Made by a program: the position numbers and the translations under genes. A stretch of 64,000 nucleotides of DNA from an uncultured Arcobacter sp. (GTDB lineage: Bacteria; Campylobacterota; Campylobacteria; Campylobacterales; Arcobacteraceae): assembly GCA_965140705.1 (NCBI GenBank), contig OZ223301.1:96001-160000 (forward strand), written 5' to 3'. How positions within the stretch are numbered: the first letter of the stretch is position 1; every line of letters begins with the position of its first letter. A model generated the notes under the pieces. The model did not search any database, was not told the DNA's origin, and worked only from the letters and a program-made list of their open reading frames with translations. Positions 18,564-30,430 of this stretch are shown one piece after another.

Positions 18564-19899
18564 TTATAGATGTGATTATGAGCTTATTAAAAACTATGAA
18601 ATAAAAACTTTACGAGATAATTTGATTTTGCCAATAAAAAAAGATGAATATTTCCTTACAGTAATTGTTTGTGAAGATAGTTTAAATTTAGAAGTTGTTG
18701 AAAGTAATTTAGTAATAAAAGAGATTAAATCTTCAAAAAATGAGATTTTGTTTTGCTTAGATGATTTTGATAAAAAATATGAACTTTATATTAATTATAA
18801 ATATTCCATACATCAACATCAAGAAAAGTCTATACAACTATTTTTTGATTTGTTATTAAGTTATTCCCTTGAGAAAAAGTGTAGTGATATACATATTGAA
18901 ACCTTAAGTGAGTGTTTAATTATAAGATTACGAATAGATGGAGCCCTAAAAACTTTTTTTAGCTTTGAGATTGGTTTTTATTTGATTCTTAGTTCATATA
19001 TTAAACTTATAGCAAATATGGACATCACACAAAAACGAAAACCACAAAATGCTAGATTTGAGAAACAAGTTTTAAATAAAGAAAAAATTGATTTTCGTGT
19101 ATCTACTATGCCAACCATTACAGGTGAATCAATAGTATTGAGAATTTTAGATAATGGAGTAAATAAAAAGGATTTAAATAATATAGGCTTTGATGAAATA
19201 ATATTAAAAAAAGTAAAAAAATCAATTTTGAAATCAAATGGTTTGATATTAGTTACAGGTCCAACAGGAAGTGGAAAAACTACTACTTTATACTCTATTT
19301 TAAATGAACTAAATGATAATTCAAAAAAGATTATTACTATTGAAGATCCAGTAGAATATCAAATAAAAGGAATACAACAAGTTGCAATAAATAATGCCAT
19401 AGGACTAAGTTTTGATGATGTTTTAAAAAATATATTAAGGCAAGACCCTGATATAATCATGATAGGAGAAATAAGAGATGAAGAATCTTTGAGTATAGCT
19501 ATTCAAGCCTCTCTTACTGGTCATTTAGTTTTTAGTACCTTACATACAAATGATTCTATTTCAACCCTATCTAGGCTTTTTGATTTAAATGCAAAGCCAT
19601 ATTTAGTAGCATCTACACTAAGAGCAGTTATTGCTCAAAGATTAGTTCTCAAACTTTGTTCTTTTTGTGAAAGTGGTTGTAGTAAGTGTAACTATACAGG
19701 TTTTGATGGAAGATTATCTTTATTTGAGTTTTTAGAGTTTGATGAAAATATCTCTTCTATTGTGACAAATGATTTTGATAAAGAAAAAATTATGCATTAT
19801 GTTAAAAGCATTGGCTTTAAATCTCTTTTTGATGATGCAAAAGAGAAAATCGAAAAGAATCTTACAACTAAAGATGAAGTGAATAAAGTACTATTTTGA
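18547..19899 (+). CDS. GspE/PilB-family assembly ATPase (CtsE-like)
   Basis: SDIHIE, GPTGSGKTTTLY, TIEDPVE, LRQDPDIIMIGEIRD, STLHTND. Confidence 0.92.
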   Translation: MNILDNYRCDYELIKNYEIKTLRDNLILPIKKDEYFLTVIVCEDSLNLEVVESNLVIKEIKSSKNEILFCLDDFDKKYELYINYKYSIHQHQEKSIQLFFDLLLSYSLEKKCSDIHIETLSECLIIRLRIDGALKTFFSFEIGFYLILSSYIKLIANMDITQKRKPQNARFEKQVLNKEKIDFRVSTMPTITGESIVLRILDNGVNKKDLNNIGFDEIILKKVKKSILKSNGLILVTGPTGSGKTTTLYSILNELNDNSKKIITIEDPVEYQIKGIQQVAINNAIGLSFDDVLKNILRQDPDIIMIGEIRDEESLSIAIQASLTGHLVFSTLHTNDSISTLSRLFDLNAKPYLVASTLRAVIAQRLVLKLCSFCESGCSKCNYTGFDGRLSLFEFLEFDENISSIVTNDFDKEKIMHYVKSIGFKSLFDDAKEKIEKNLTTKDEVNKVLF

Positions 19900-21092
19900 A
19901 TAAGTATAAAATACATTATCAGGAAAAGCAAAAAATCAAATCTAAAGTCATAATAAGTGATGATTTAGAAAAAGAAGAGTTACCTGAAAATATTGTAAAA
20001 ATCAAAAAGATAAAAAAGCTTGAATTTCAAAATATCAAACTTACAAATAGGGCAAGTGAAGAGCAGATTATTGAGCTTTTTGTTCAACTTAGCATAATGT
20101 TGGATTCTAATATTTTATTAATTGATGCCATAAAAATCTTACAAAAGAGCATAAAAAATAGTTATTTGTCAGATATTCTAAACTCCATGGAATTTGCTTT
20201 ACAAAATGGAAGAGCTATTTATAAAGCTTTAGAAAAGTATGAAAAAGATTTGAATCCAATTATAATTCCTTTTTTCAAAATATTTGAAAAAAATGGGAAT
20301 ATAAAAGCCGTTATTGCTGCTTTAGCTACACTTTTAAAAATAAGACTAAAAAATAAAAAAGATTTAAAAAATTCATTGAGATATCCTATAATTGTAATGA
20401 TTACCTTTCTTTTGGCTCTTAGTATGATTTTTATATTTGTAGTACCAAAATTTGAAAATATATTTTTGCAATATCATATGCAACTTCCTCTTTCTACTAT
20501 TTTATTACTTGGCTTAAAGAATTTCTTTTTTAAATACTCCTTATATCTTTTGTTTTTTTCTATTTTGACTTATTTTTTCATAAAATATTTTATCAATAAA
20601 TCTGATAAATTTTCCTATTTTAAAGATGAATTTATTATAAGATATCTCCCTATTGTAGGAAGTTTAACTAAAACATATGAACTCTATAATTTTTTTGTAG
20701 CACTAAATATTTTATTACAATCAAAATATGAATTTCACTTAAGTATGAAAAATGCATTAATTTTAATAAAAAACAAATACCTTTTTGCTAAAATATCGGC
20801 TATTAATGAACATCTTAAAAATGGCAAATCAATTTCATATGCATTTAACTCAACAGAGTTATTTGATGAGTTGGTTATTAGTTTAATAAGAAGTGGTGAA
20901 GCTAGTAATTCTTTGGATATATGTGTAGAGAGATTACAAGTTTTGTATGAAAAAAAGTTTGAAAAAAAGATTAAGTCTTTAACTTCTCTTATCGAACCAA
21001 TCTTTTTTATACTTATTTCATCACTGATATTATGGATTATGCTTGCAATTTTTACTCCCATATGGAATATGAGTGAGATGTTAAATATCTAA
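19896..21092 (+). CDS. GspF/PilC-family inner membrane platform protein (CtsF-like)
   Basis: YPIIV, VVPKF, GEASNSL, LIEP, three TMs. Confidence 0.9.
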   Translation: MNKYKIHYQEKQKIKSKVIISDDLEKEELPENIVKIKKIKKLEFQNIKLTNRASEEQIIELFVQLSIMLDSNILLIDAIKILQKSIKNSYLSDILNSMEFALQNGRAIYKALEKYEKDLNPIIIPFFKIFEKNGNIKAVIAALATLLKIRLKNKKDLKNSLRYPIIVMITFLLALSMIFIFVVPKFENIFLQYHMQLPLSTILLLGLKNFFFKYSLYLLFFSILTYFFIKYFINKSDKFSYFKDEFIIRYLPIVGSLTKTYELYNFFVALNILLQSKYEFHLSMKNALILIKNKYLFAKISAINEHLKNGKSISYAFNSTELFDELVISLIRSGEASNSLDICVERLQVLYEKKFEKKIKSLTSLIEPIFFILISSLILWIMLAIFTPIWNMSEMLNI

Positions 21093-21101
21093 AGGTAATA
21101 T

Positions 21102-21674
21102 ATGAAAGACGAAAAGAAATTTGAAGACGCGATAAAAAGTGTACTTGAATATGTAGGGGAAGATATAAATAGAGAAGGCTTAGAAAAAACTCCAAGTCGA
21201 GTGAGAAAAGCTTTTGAGTTTATGTGTAGTGGATATAATCAAGACCCAAAAGAGATAATTAATTCAGCACTTTTTACAAGTTCAAATGATGAAATGGTTG
21301 TTATAAAAGATATAGAATTTTACTCTATGTGTGAACATCATATCTTGCCAATTATTGGAAAAGCACATGTGGCATATATCCCAAATGGAAAAGTTGTAGG
21401 GCTTTCAAAGATTCCAAGAGTAGTTGATGTCTTTGCAAGAAGATTACAAATTCAAGAACAAATGACAGAACAAATTTGTGATGCCTTACATGAAGCTTTA
21501 AATCCAAAAGGTGTAGCTGTAATGATAGATGCGCGACATATGTGTATGGAGATGAGAGGAGTTGAGAAAATCTGTTCTACTACTGTTACTTCAGCGCTTA
21601 GAGGGTTATTTAAAAAAGATAAAAAAACAAAAGATGAGTTTCTATCAATTGTAGCTCAATCTTTAAATAAATAA
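21102..21674 (+). CDS. folE: GTP cyclohydrolase I
   Basis: [39 protein letters not shown]. Confidence 0.97.
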   Translation: MKDEKKFEDAIKSVLEYVGEDINREGLEKTPSRVRKAFEFMCSGYNQDPKEIINSALFTSSNDEMVVIKDIEFYSMCEHHILPIIGKAHVAYIPNGKVVGLSKIPRVVDVFARRLQIQEQMTEQICDALHEALNPKGVAVMIDARHMCMEMRGVEKICSTTVTSALRGLFKKDKKTKDEFLSIVAQSLNK

Positions 21675-21680
21675 TACTTC

Positions 21681-22004
21681 ATGCTTAATTTAGAGCAAAT
21701 CAAAAAAATCAAATTCTCATATTTTGACTCAAATGGATATGTTTATCCATTTGAGATGATTGAGGATAGTTTAAAATTTGAAAATAATGAGTTAAAATGT
21801 TATATGTACTGTAAAGTTACTAATTTAAGTGCAAATGGAGAAGTATATTTGTATTTAAAGATCAAAGATAATGAACTATTTTTTAGAACAAACTATTTTG
21901 CAAATAGTACTGAATACACAAAATTAATAAAAAATGGTGATGATTTAACTTATAAAGTTGATTTTGCTAAAGATTCTTTGGAGTTAACTTTAGAGCAATA
22001 TTAG
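21681..22004 (+). CDS. Hypothetical protein
   Basis: 107-aa ORF directly after folE; no recognised motif. Confidence 0.6.
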   Translation: MLNLEQIKKIKFSYFDSNGYVYPFEMIEDSLKFENNELKCYMYCKVTNLSANGEVYLYLKIKDNELFFRTNYFANSTEYTKLIKNGDDLTYKVDFAKDSLELTLEQY

Positions 22005-23345
22005 TTTTGCTAGCATTAAAAAACTAAAAAAACCAACAATATCAGTTACCGTTGTCAGTAAAACCGTACTTCCAACTGCTGGGTCAATATTATATCTTTT
22101 TAGAAAAAGAGGTATAGTTGCACCAAAGAAACCAGCACTAAAAAGATTAATTATCATAGAAAGAGCTATTACTAATCCTAAAAGAAGTGTGTTAAACCAA
22201 AAGTAAGTAATTATACCAACAACAAGAGCAAATAATACTCCATTGAGTAGGGATACTAAAATCTCTTTCATTATGGCATCTTTTGAATTTTCAAAATCAA
22301 TTTCACCTAAGGCCATTCGTCTAACCATAACCGCTAATGTTTGTGTTCCTGCATTTCCACCCATTGAGGCAACTATTGGCATAAGTACAGCTAGGGCAAC
22401 AAAGGCTTGAATAGTTTGATCAAAAAAGCCAATAACAATAGAAGCCAAAATTGCCGTACCTAAGTTTATAAAAAGCCACATAGCTCTTTTTTTAGCCGTA
22501 AATATAAACGTATCATGTTCAAAGTCATCATGAACCCCAGCTAATTGATACATCTGTTCGGTTGCACTCTCTTCAATTACATCTAAAATATCATCTGATG
22601 TAATTCTACCTATTAGCATATTTTGATAACCTACAACTGCAACAACACTAAGGTCGTATTTTTCAAACTGTTTTGCAACATCTTTTATAAGTTCATCATC
22701 ATTTACTTTATATGGCTTAAATCTTTTCTCTCCATGCTCTTCAATGATTTCTTTATACGTTTTTTTATAATCAAAAATAATTAAATCTTCTAACAAAATA
22801 GAAGCCACTAAAATTTTATTATCATCTACTATATAAACTTGGTGGATATTTTCAAGCTCTTTTTCTTCCTTTGCAATTCTAAGTTTTTCTATTGAGCTAC
22901 TGATTGTTTCATTTAAGTTTGCACTAAAAAGCTCTGTTTGCATATATGCACCAGCTTCTCCAGCTTCATATCTCTTTAGCCAATTAATTTCTTCTTGGTC
23001 ATCAACTTCAAGACCATCAAAAATCTCTTTAGCTTTGTTTTCATTTATCTCTTCTATTTCTTGTAAAATATCTGTTTGATCATCAGATTCTAGTTCGTCA
23101 ACAGCATCTGTAAGTTTCTCAATAGTTAGTTCGTTATAGGCATATTCTCTTAGTTTCTCGGGAAGTTCTAAAATTACATCCCCAAGTATATCTTCAGGTA
23201 AGTTTTTTAATACAAATACAAAATCATCTGGATTCTTTTTTATTATTTTTTTTAAAGAATAAGCTATATCACTTGGATGTAGCTTATCTAACTTTTTTAA
23301 AAGTTCAGTTGGATTTTTTTCTATAGATTTTTCATTTATTTTCAA
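21990..23345 (-). CDS. mgtE: Magnesium transporter MgtE
   Basis: LHPSDIA, CBS pair, MPIVASMGGNAGTQT, DPAV..LTTVTD. Confidence 0.95.
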   Translation of the reverse strand: MKINEKSIEKNPTELLKKLDKLHPSDIAYSLKKIIKKNPDDFVFVLKNLPEDILGDVILELPEKLREYAYNELTIEKLTDAVDELESDDQTDILQEIEEINENKAKEIFDGLEVDDQEEINWLKRYEAGEAGAYMQTELFSANLNETISSSIEKLRIAKEEKELENIHQVYIVDDNKILVASILLEDLIIFDYKKTYKEIIEEHGEKRFKPYKVNDDELIKDVAKQFEKYDLSVVAVVGYQNMLIGRITSDDILDVIEESATEQMYQLAGVHDDFEHDTFIFTAKKRAMWLFINLGTAILASIVIGFFDQTIQAFVALAVLMPIVASMGGNAGTQTLAVMVRRMALGEIDFENSKDAIMKEILVSLLNGVLFALVVGIITYFWFNTLLLGLVIALSMIINLFSAGFFGATIPLFLKRYNIDPAVGSTVLLTTVTDIVGFFSFLMLAKLILL

Positions 23346-23347
23346 AT

Positions 23348-24517
23348 TTACACTTTCAGCAAGCTTTTATTTGGTATTTCTTTTAAGTCTAAAACTTCTT
23401 GTGTTGGATTTTTTCTCTCTTCGTCAAGCTCTTTTGCTAATACTTTTGTATATTTTAGGAATTTTTTCTTTGCATTTCCTTTTAGTTTTGTCTTTGTAAC
23501 TCTTACTATTTTAGCTGGATTTATTGCTCTTCCATTTTTATATAAACCAAAATGCAAATGTGGTCCAGTACTAACACCTGTAGTACCTACATAACCTATA
23601 GTTTGTCCTTGTTTAACTCTACTTCCTACTCTAAGTCCTGGTTTAAATCGGCTTTGATGTGCATATAGTGTTTTATAACCATTTTTATGAACTATTTCAA
23701 TAACATTTCCATATCCACCTTTTCTTCCTCTAAAAACAATTCTTCCATCAGCAGCTGCATGAATAGCTCTTCCTCTAGGAGCTGCATAATCAATACCTAA
23801 GTGAGCCCTATATCTTTTTAATATTGGATGCCATCTTTTTCTTGTAAAAGGACTTGAAATACGAGTATAAATTAGAGGTATTTTAAAGAAGTAGCTTGTT
23901 AAACTCTTACCAGCTTCATTATAATACTTTCCATCATCTTCATTTTTAAATATAAAATACTCTTTGTTTCTTATTTTTACAACTGCCGATATAATATCTG
24001 GTGTGCCATGATATTGACCTAACCTAATTCTTTGTCTGTATTTTATTGTAATAGTGTCATTTTTTCTCATATATTTAAAGTTTACACTTCCACTATATGC
24101 TCGAATGAACTCATTTGCTAATTCACTATTTGATGTTTTATTTAATATATCTTGATAAGGTGAAGAAGTAATAGGAATAGTTACAGTTTCAACAACTTCA
24201 TCAAAAATTATTGGAAGAGTAGAAAATTTATACTCATCACCATCTTTATAAATTTGTAATTGTATCTCTTCTGATACTTCTATTAAGGCTTGTATCAATT
24301 CACCTTTATCATTTTTTGTTTCATAGTATGTTGCACCTGCTCTAATTTCTGAACATAATTCTTTGTCTTCTCTTTCTAAATTAAAATAAAGTTTGTTATC
24401 TATGTTGTTTTCTTGTAGAAATGTTAGAAAGGTATCACCTTTGGGCCAAGACAGTTTTTTTACTTCTAAACTAAATAGTGAGCTCACTATTAATAAAATG
24501 CATATTAAATACTTCAA
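23348..24517 (-). CDS. M23-family peptidoglycan DD-endopeptidase (Csd3/MepM-like)
   Basis: Signal peptide; HLGIDY, YAH, STGPHLHFG. Confidence 0.92.
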   Translation of the reverse strand: MKYLICILLIVSSLFSLEVKKLSWPKGDTFLTFLQENNIDNKLYFNLEREDKELCSEIRAGATYYETKNDKGELIQALIEVSEEIQLQIYKDGDEYKFSTLPIIFDEVVETVTIPITSSPYQDILNKTSNSELANEFIRAYSGSVNFKYMRKNDTITIKYRQRIRLGQYHGTPDIISAVVKIRNKEYFIFKNEDDGKYYNEAGKSLTSYFFKIPLIYTRISSPFTRKRWHPILKRYRAHLGIDYAAPRGRAIHAAADGRIVFRGRKGGYGNVIEIVHKNGYKTLYAHQSRFKPGLRVGSRVKQGQTIGYVGTTGVSTGPHLHFGLYKNGRAINPAKIVRVTKTKLKGNAKKKFLKYTKVLAKELDEERKNPTQEVLDLKEIPNKSLLKV

Positions 24518-24581
24518 ATCGTTTCTCTTTTTATTATAAAATCAAGAGTATTATTATACAATTGCAACCTTAAATATAATT

Positions 24582-25556
24582 TTGGAGAAGTTTTTGAAGA
24601 AAATTGCGTTTTTAGTTTTAGTATTATTTAATACATATCTTTTGGCTGATTTTGTAACAATATATAGAACAATGGGAATAGAAGAAGTACAAAAAGAGTT
24701 AGATAAACAGCTTAAGAGTGAAGAATATTGGAGTAAATATTTAGAAAATATTGATGTTAGATATGGATATTATGAATCAAAAAAATATGTATTAGTAGCT
24801 GATAAACTATCAAAAAAGTTTGAACTTTTTAAAAGAGAAGATAAAAAGTTTTTAAAACTTCTTACTCAAACAATGATTAGTGGAGAAAAAGATGGTGATA
24901 AATTTCTAGAAGGAGATTTAAAAACACCTATTGGGGCTTATAAATTAACTAGAAAATTAACTAAACTTGACCAATTTTATGGTCCATTAGCATTAGTAAC
25001 AAATTATCCTAATACTTTTGACAAATCTTTAAATAAAGAAGGTCATGGAATTTGGATTCATGGTATGCCTTTTGAAGAGACTAGAACGGACTATACAAAA
25101 GGTTGTATTGCATTAGATAACAAAAGTTTAGTGACTTTAGACAAAAGTATAAATTATGATGAATCTGTTTTATTGATTTCAGAAAAAGATATTGAACCAA
25201 CAACTAAAAAAGAGATGAGTGAAGTATTGGCTTTCATTTACTCTTGGACTGATGCTTGGAGAACATCTGACACAGATAAATATTTGTCTTATTATTCAAA
25301 AGATTTTAAAAGAGCAAATGGGCAAGACTTTGGTGCTTTTAAAAAACACAAAGAGTATATTTTTTCAAGAAAAGAAGATAAAACAATTAAATTCTCAAAT
25401 ATAAATATAATGCCTTATCCAAACTCTTTTAATAAAAAGATGTTTAAAATAGTTATGGATGAACATTACAAAACAAAATCATATCATTATGATGGGACAA
25501 AAGAGCTTTATATCCAACTAGAAAATGGGAAAATTTCAATCCTTTCTGAGGGTTAA
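24582..25556 (+). CDS. L,D-transpeptidase/carboxypeptidase (Csd6/Pgp2-like) with C-terminal NTF2 domain
   Basis: GDLKTPIG, GIWIHG, TKGCIAL. Confidence 0.88.
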   Translation: MEKFLKKIAFLVLVLFNTYLLADFVTIYRTMGIEEVQKELDKQLKSEEYWSKYLENIDVRYGYYESKKYVLVADKLSKKFELFKREDKKFLKLLTQTMISGEKDGDKFLEGDLKTPIGAYKLTRKLTKLDQFYGPLALVTNYPNTFDKSLNKEGHGIWIHGMPFEETRTDYTKGCIALDNKSLVTLDKSINYDESVLLISEKDIEPTTKKEMSEVLAFIYSWTDAWRTSDTDKYLSYYSKDFKRANGQDFGAFKKHKEYIFSRKEDKTIKFSNINIMPYPNSFNKKMFKIVMDEHYKTKSYHYDGTKELYIQLENGKISILSEG

Positions 25557-25617
25557 AACTTTTATTAAATCTTCTTTAGTTATAATCACGCATTAATAAA
25601 ACAACTTAAGGTTAATA

Positions 25618-27828
25618 ATGCAAAAAGAGATGACAACTGAAGAGATGGCTCTTGCCCACTCTTTAACACTTGAAGAGTTAAAAAACATAAGAAATATCCT
25701 AAAAAGAGAACCAAATCATGTAGAAATAGGTATCTTTTCTGCAATGTGGAGTGAACACTGTTCGTACAAATCTAGTAAAAAATATTTAAATGGCTTTCCA
25801 ACTAAAGCACCTTGGGTTATTCAAGGTCCAGGAGAAAATGCCGGAGTTATTGATATTGGTGATGGATATGCTGCTGTATTTAAAATGGAGTCACACAATC
25901 ATCCAAGTTTTATTGAACCTTACCAAGGTGCTGCTACTGGTGTTGGTGGTATTTTAAGAGATGTATTTACAATGGGTGCAAGACCAATTGCAAATATGAA
26001 CTCTATTAGATTTGCTTCTATTGAAGGTGATAGTGAAACTGCTCAAAAACATAGATTTTTACTTCGAGGTGTAGTTGCTGGTATTGGTGGATATGGTAAT
26101 TGTATGGGAGTTCCAACTATTGGTGGAGAGACTACTTTTGAAGAGTGTTATGCTGGAAATAATCTTGTAAATGCATTTACTTTAGGTTTAGCAAAAGCTG
26201 ATGAAATTTTCTACGGAAAAGCTGAAGGTCTTGGAAATCCAGTTATGTATGTAGGTTCTAAAACTGGACGAGATGGTTTAGGTGGAGCAGTTATGTCATC
26301 AGCTTCATTTACAGAAGACTCAGAATCAAAAAGACCAACTGTACAAGTTGGTGATCCCTTTACCGAAAAATTACTTTTAGAAGCTTGTTTAGAGTTATTT
26401 AAAGAAGATTTAATTATTGGTATCCAAGATATGGGTGCAGCAGGGCTTACTTCATCATCATTTGAGATGGCTGGAAGATCTGGTTCTGGTATGATTATGC
26501 ACTTAGATAAAGTTCCAGCAAGAGAAGAGGGGATGACTCCTTATGATTTTATGTTAAGTGAATCACAAGAGAGAATGCTTATTTGTGCTAAAAAAGGTTG
26601 TGAACAAAAGATTATTGATATCTTTGAAAAATGGGAATTAGATGTTGCAGTTATTGGTGAAGTAACAGCAACTGGAAATATGGAACTATTCTGGCATGGG
26701 GAAAAGTGTGCTGAAGTTCCTGTTCAACCAGTATCTGAAGAGGCTCCTATTTTAGATAGACCAGTTAGTGAACCAGCATACTTAAAAGATATCGCAAATA
26801 TAAGTTTAGATAAAAACATCTCAAATCAAGAAGCTTTTGATGCTATGTTTAGCGATATGGAAGTTGTAGATAAGTCTTGGGTTTATTCTCAATATGACTC
26901 AATGGTACAAACAAATACAATCGAAGGACCTGGAAGTTTAGATGGTTCATCAATTAGAATCAAAGAGACAGGTAAAGCGCTTGCTATGAGTGCTGATTGT
27001 AATACAAGACTTTGTTTCATCAACCCAGAATTAGGAGCAGCAGCAGCTGTTATGGAATCTGGAAGAAATGTAGCTATGAGTGGAGCAAGACCAAAAGCAA
27101 TCACAGATTGTCTAAACTTTGGAAACCCACAAAACCCAGAAGTTATGTGGCAGTTTAAAATGGCTTGTGAAGGTATTAAATCAGCTTGTAAAGAGTTATC
27201 AACCCCTGTTATTGGTGGAAATGTATCTTTATACAATGAAACGAATGGAGTAGGGGTTTTCCCAACACCTTCAATTGCAATGGTTGGTGTAAATGAAGAT
27301 GCAAACAAAGTTTTACCTTCAAGATTAAAAGAAGATGGAAACACACTTTTCCTTTTAGGTGATACTAAAGGTGAGTTTGGAGCTTCTTTATATATGAAAA
27401 AAATGTATGACAAAGTAGCTGGTGTTCATCCAGAAGTTGATTTTAAAAAAGAGTTAGCACTTTGGGATACAGTTATTGATGCAAATACATCATCTCTTTT
27501 AGCAAGTGCAAAAGATGTAAATGTTGGTGGATTAGCAATTGCAATTGCTAAGATGGCAGTTGTTGGAAACAAAGGTGTAAATGTATCTGTTGAATTAAAT
27601 GATTCAAAAGATATCTTCTGCGAATCTTTAAGTAGAGCAGTTGTGGAAGTAAAAGAAGAAAACATTGAAGCCTTTACAAAACTTGCAGCCTCTAAAGGTA
27701 TCTCTTGTACAAAAATTGGAACAGTTGGTGGAGATACAATCTCAATCAATGATGTTACAATCTCTTTAGAAAATGCAAAAGATATTTACTTTAATAAATT
27801 TAAAAAAGTTATCGAACAGGACTTATAA
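25618..27828 (+). CDS. purL: Phosphoribosylformylglycinamidine synthase subunit PurL
   Basis: [42 protein letters not shown]. Confidence 0.98.
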   Translation: MQKEMTTEEMALAHSLTLEELKNIRNILKREPNHVEIGIFSAMWSEHCSYKSSKKYLNGFPTKAPWVIQGPGENAGVIDIGDGYAAVFKMESHNHPSFIEPYQGAATGVGGILRDVFTMGARPIANMNSIRFASIEGDSETAQKHRFLLRGVVAGIGGYGNCMGVPTIGGETTFEECYAGNNLVNAFTLGLAKADEIFYGKAEGLGNPVMYVGSKTGRDGLGGAVMSSASFTEDSESKRPTVQVGDPFTEKLLLEACLELFKEDLIIGIQDMGAAGLTSSSFEMAGRSGSGMIMHLDKVPAREEGMTPYDFMLSESQERMLICAKKGCEQKIIDIFEKWELDVAVIGEVTATGNMELFWHGEKCAEVPVQPVSEEAPILDRPVSEPAYLKDIANISLDKNISNQEAFDAMFSDMEVVDKSWVYSQYDSMVQTNTIEGPGSLDGSSIRIKETGKALAMSADCNTRLCFINPELGAAAAVMESGRNVAMSGARPKAITDCLNFGNPQNPEVMWQFKMACEGIKSACKELSTPVIGGNVSLYNETNGVGVFPTPSIAMVGVNEDANKVLPSRLKEDGNTLFLLGDTKGEFGASLYMKKMYDKVAGVHPEVDFKKELALWDTVIDANTSSLLASAKDVNVGGLAIAIAKMAVVGNKGVNVSVELNDSKDIFCESLSRAVVEVKEENIEAFTKLAASKGISCTKIGTVGGDTISINDVTISLENAKDIYFNKFKKVIEQDL

Positions 27829-27883
27829 TAAAAAAGGTTTTTTGCCTTTTTTAAACTACTAATCTAATACAATTGGGAACTCA

Positions 27884-28609
27884 ATGGAAAATATAAGCAT
27901 AATAACTATAATAGCAATTGCCTTTTTGGGTTCTTTTGGACATTGTGTTGGAATGTGTGGAGGTATAGTTGTCGCGTATTCAAGTACAAAAATAGACAAC
28001 TCTTGGAATAAAGTAAAACAATCTTTATCTCATCTTTTATATGCCTTTGGAAGAGTTTCTACTTATACAATATTGGGTTTTATTTTTGGATATTTTGGAA
28101 GTGTAGTAACTTTTAATCACACTACAAATGGTATCTTACTTTTAATTACTGGTTTTTTGATGGTTTTAGTTGGATTGTCATTAAGTGGTAAATTAAAATT
28201 CTTAGTTAATATTGAACACTCTGTTTCAAAATCAAAAGTCTATCAACAAACTTTTCGTAAATTATTAGGTTCAAATAGTTTTATTAGTTTTTATTTATTG
28301 GGCATGTTAAATGGACTTTTACCATGTGGTTTTGTTTATGTATTTGCAATAACAGCAGCAAGTACAGGAAGTGCCTTATGGGGTGCTTTTGTTATGCTTA
28401 TTTTTGGACTAAGTACTATTCCTGCAATGTTTTCATTAGGTTTTTTTGTGGGTATTTTTAAACAAATTGCTTTGAGAAATCTTTTTGTTAGTATAGCTGC
28501 AATTTTAGTAATTGTATTTGGTATTTATACAATGTATAATGGTTATGAATTTTTAAGTAATCCTAATAAATCAACTATTACTAGCCATGTTAATTCAATA
28601 AATAATTAG
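27884..28609 (+). CDS. Sulfite exporter TauE/SafE (DsbD_2-like) membrane protein
   Basis: GHCVGMCGG and GLLPCGFVY motifs, multiple TMs. Confidence 0.85.
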   Translation: MENISIITIIAIAFLGSFGHCVGMCGGIVVAYSSTKIDNSWNKVKQSLSHLLYAFGRVSTYTILGFIFGYFGSVVTFNHTTNGILLLITGFLMVLVGLSLSGKLKFLVNIEHSVSKSKVYQQTFRKLLGSNSFISFYLLGMLNGLLPCGFVYVFAITAASTGSALWGAFVMLIFGLSTIPAMFSLGFFVGIFKQIALRNLFVSIAAILVIVFGIYTMYNGYEFLSNPNKSTITSHVNSINN

Positions 28610-28612
28610 AAA

Positions 28613-30430
28613 TTAAAAAGTAAATACTCTATTTCTTCCATTTCTTTTTGCTTCATATAAAGCTTTATCAGCATTTTTAAATACCTCTTCAAAGGTTTGT
28701 TTTGAGCTTTTGAAACTACTTATTCCAAAAGAAGCAGTTATATGTTTAACAGTAGGGAATTCAGCTTTTTCAATATCTATTCTAAGTTTATCTGCAATAT
28801 TTTCTGCAACTTGTAAATCTTTTGTTTTTAGTAATAAAACAAACTCTTCACCACCCCATCTTGCAAAAATATCATTTTGTCTTATCTTTTTTGAAACAAC
28901 ATTTGTCAACTCTTTTAAAATTTCATCTCCAACATCATGCCCATAAGTATCGTTTACTGATTTAAACTTATCAATATCCAATATAGCAAGACAATAATTA
29001 AAATTTAAAATCTTGTCTTTTATTCTCTCTTGCAAACCTCTTCTATTATGAATACCTGTTAGAGCATCATAATATGCTTTTGTTCGTAAATTATTATTTG
29101 TAGTAGTAAGTTTTTCATTTCTATCTCTTAAAATTACTAAAAGGTGGTTGAAAAATTTAGCTACTATTCCTACTTCTGTATCTCTTTCTTCATGAATCTT
29201 TTTATGAAGATTTCCAGTTTTCATTATATTTACAATGCTTTCAATAGTATCAACCCAAGGAAGTTTTGCATTATGCTCACTTCTATTTAATCCTAATACT
29301 TCATGTTTTTTACTAACCCTTAATAAGTTTATTCTATATAAAAAGTAAAATAAAAAAAGACCTAATGAAAATGCAAAAACAAAAGCAACTACTACACCTA
29401 ATGTTTGTACATAAATAAAGTGTGCTCTAGTAAAGTTTTCTGGAAGTTTTCCTAATATTCCAACGGCAATTGTTCCCCATGCACCTGCAAAACCATGTAT
29501 ACTAACAACACTTAGGGGATCGTCTATTTTAAGTTTTTTTACTAAAAACTGGTCACTATAGTGCATCACATAAGCAGATACAAAACCTACAAAAGCAGAT
29601 TGTGCGATAGTTAATTCATAACATCCTGCTGTAATTCCTACTAGTCCGGCAATAATACCAAAACTAAATAGTTCAACATCAACTTTCTCTTTATTGTATA
29701 AGGTTATACTCCATGCTCCAAAACCACCAAAAACAGCTGATAAAAGAGTATTTAATAATATAGAAGTTACCGAAAAATTAAATTTTAAAAGACTTCCTGC
29801 ATTGAACCCAAACCAAGCAAAAAATAGCATAAATACACCAAAGACAATAAAGTTGTGGTTACTAGGAGCAAAATATTTTATTTTTCCATTTTTTTTAAAT
29901 TTACCAAGTCTTGGACCTAAAACAATTGTTCCAGCTAATCCAATCCAAGCACCAAGTGAATGAACAACAGTAGAACCTGCAAAATCAATAAATCCAAGCT
30001 CTTTTAACCAACCAGTATCATTCCATGCCCAATGTCCGAATATTGGATAGATAATAGCAGATACTATTATGGAAACTACAATATAACTACTAAATTTTAT
30101 TCTCTCAGCTACTGCACCTGAGATGATGGTTATGGCAGTTGCTGCAAACATTGCTTGGAAGAAAAATATAGCATTTTCCTGTAAATCTAGACCATCAATC
30201 AAAAACTTATTGTGTCCGATAAGTCCAAAATTATCAGTTCCAAACATTATTCCAAAGCCAATAATCCAAAAGAAAATTATACTAAATACAGTATCAATAA
30301 GATTTTTCATGGCTACATTAATAGTATTTTTAGTTCTTACTGTTCCTGTTTCTACAAGTGCAAATCCAAGTTGCATCATAAATACTAAAAATCCACAAAG
30401 CAAAATCCATAATAAATCCATATTGTTCAT
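28613..30430 (-). CDS. Ammonium transporter (Amt) fused to a GGDEF diguanylate cyclase
   Basis: MQLGFALVETG, ISGAVAER, DFAGSTVVH, GPRLG, WFGFN, DDPL..SIHG; C-terminal DALTG, DIDKFK.VND.YGH..GD, RWGGEEF; likely start ATG at 30430. Confidence 0.92.
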   Translation of the reverse strand: MNNMDLLWILLCGFLVFMMQLGFALVETGTVRTKNTINVAMKNLIDTVFSIIFFWIIGFGIMFGTDNFGLIGHNKFLIDGLDLQENAIFFFQAMFAATAITIISGAVAERIKFSSYIVVSIIVSAIIYPIFGHWAWNDTGWLKELGFIDFAGSTVVHSLGAWIGLAGTIVLGPRLGKFKKNGKIKYFAPSNHNFIVFGVFMLFFAWFGFNAGSLLKFNFSVTSILLNTLLSAVFGGFGAWSITLYNKEKVDVELFSFGIIAGLVGITAGCYELTIAQSAFVGFVSAYVMHYSDQFLVKKLKIDDPLSVVSIHGFAGAWGTIAVGILGKLPENFTRAHFIYVQTLGVVVAFVFAFSLGLFLFYFLYRINLLRVSKKHEVLGLNRSEHNAKLPWVDTIESIVNIMKTGNLHKKIHEERDTEVGIVAKFFNHLLVILRDRNEKLTTTNNNLRTKAYYDALTGIHNRRGLQERIKDKILNFNYCLAILDIDKFKSVNDTYGHDVGDEILKELTNVVSKKIRQNDIFARWGGEEFVLLLKTKDLQVAENIADKLRIDIEKAEFPTVKHITASFGISSFKSSKQTFEEVFKNADKALYEAKRNGRNRVFTF

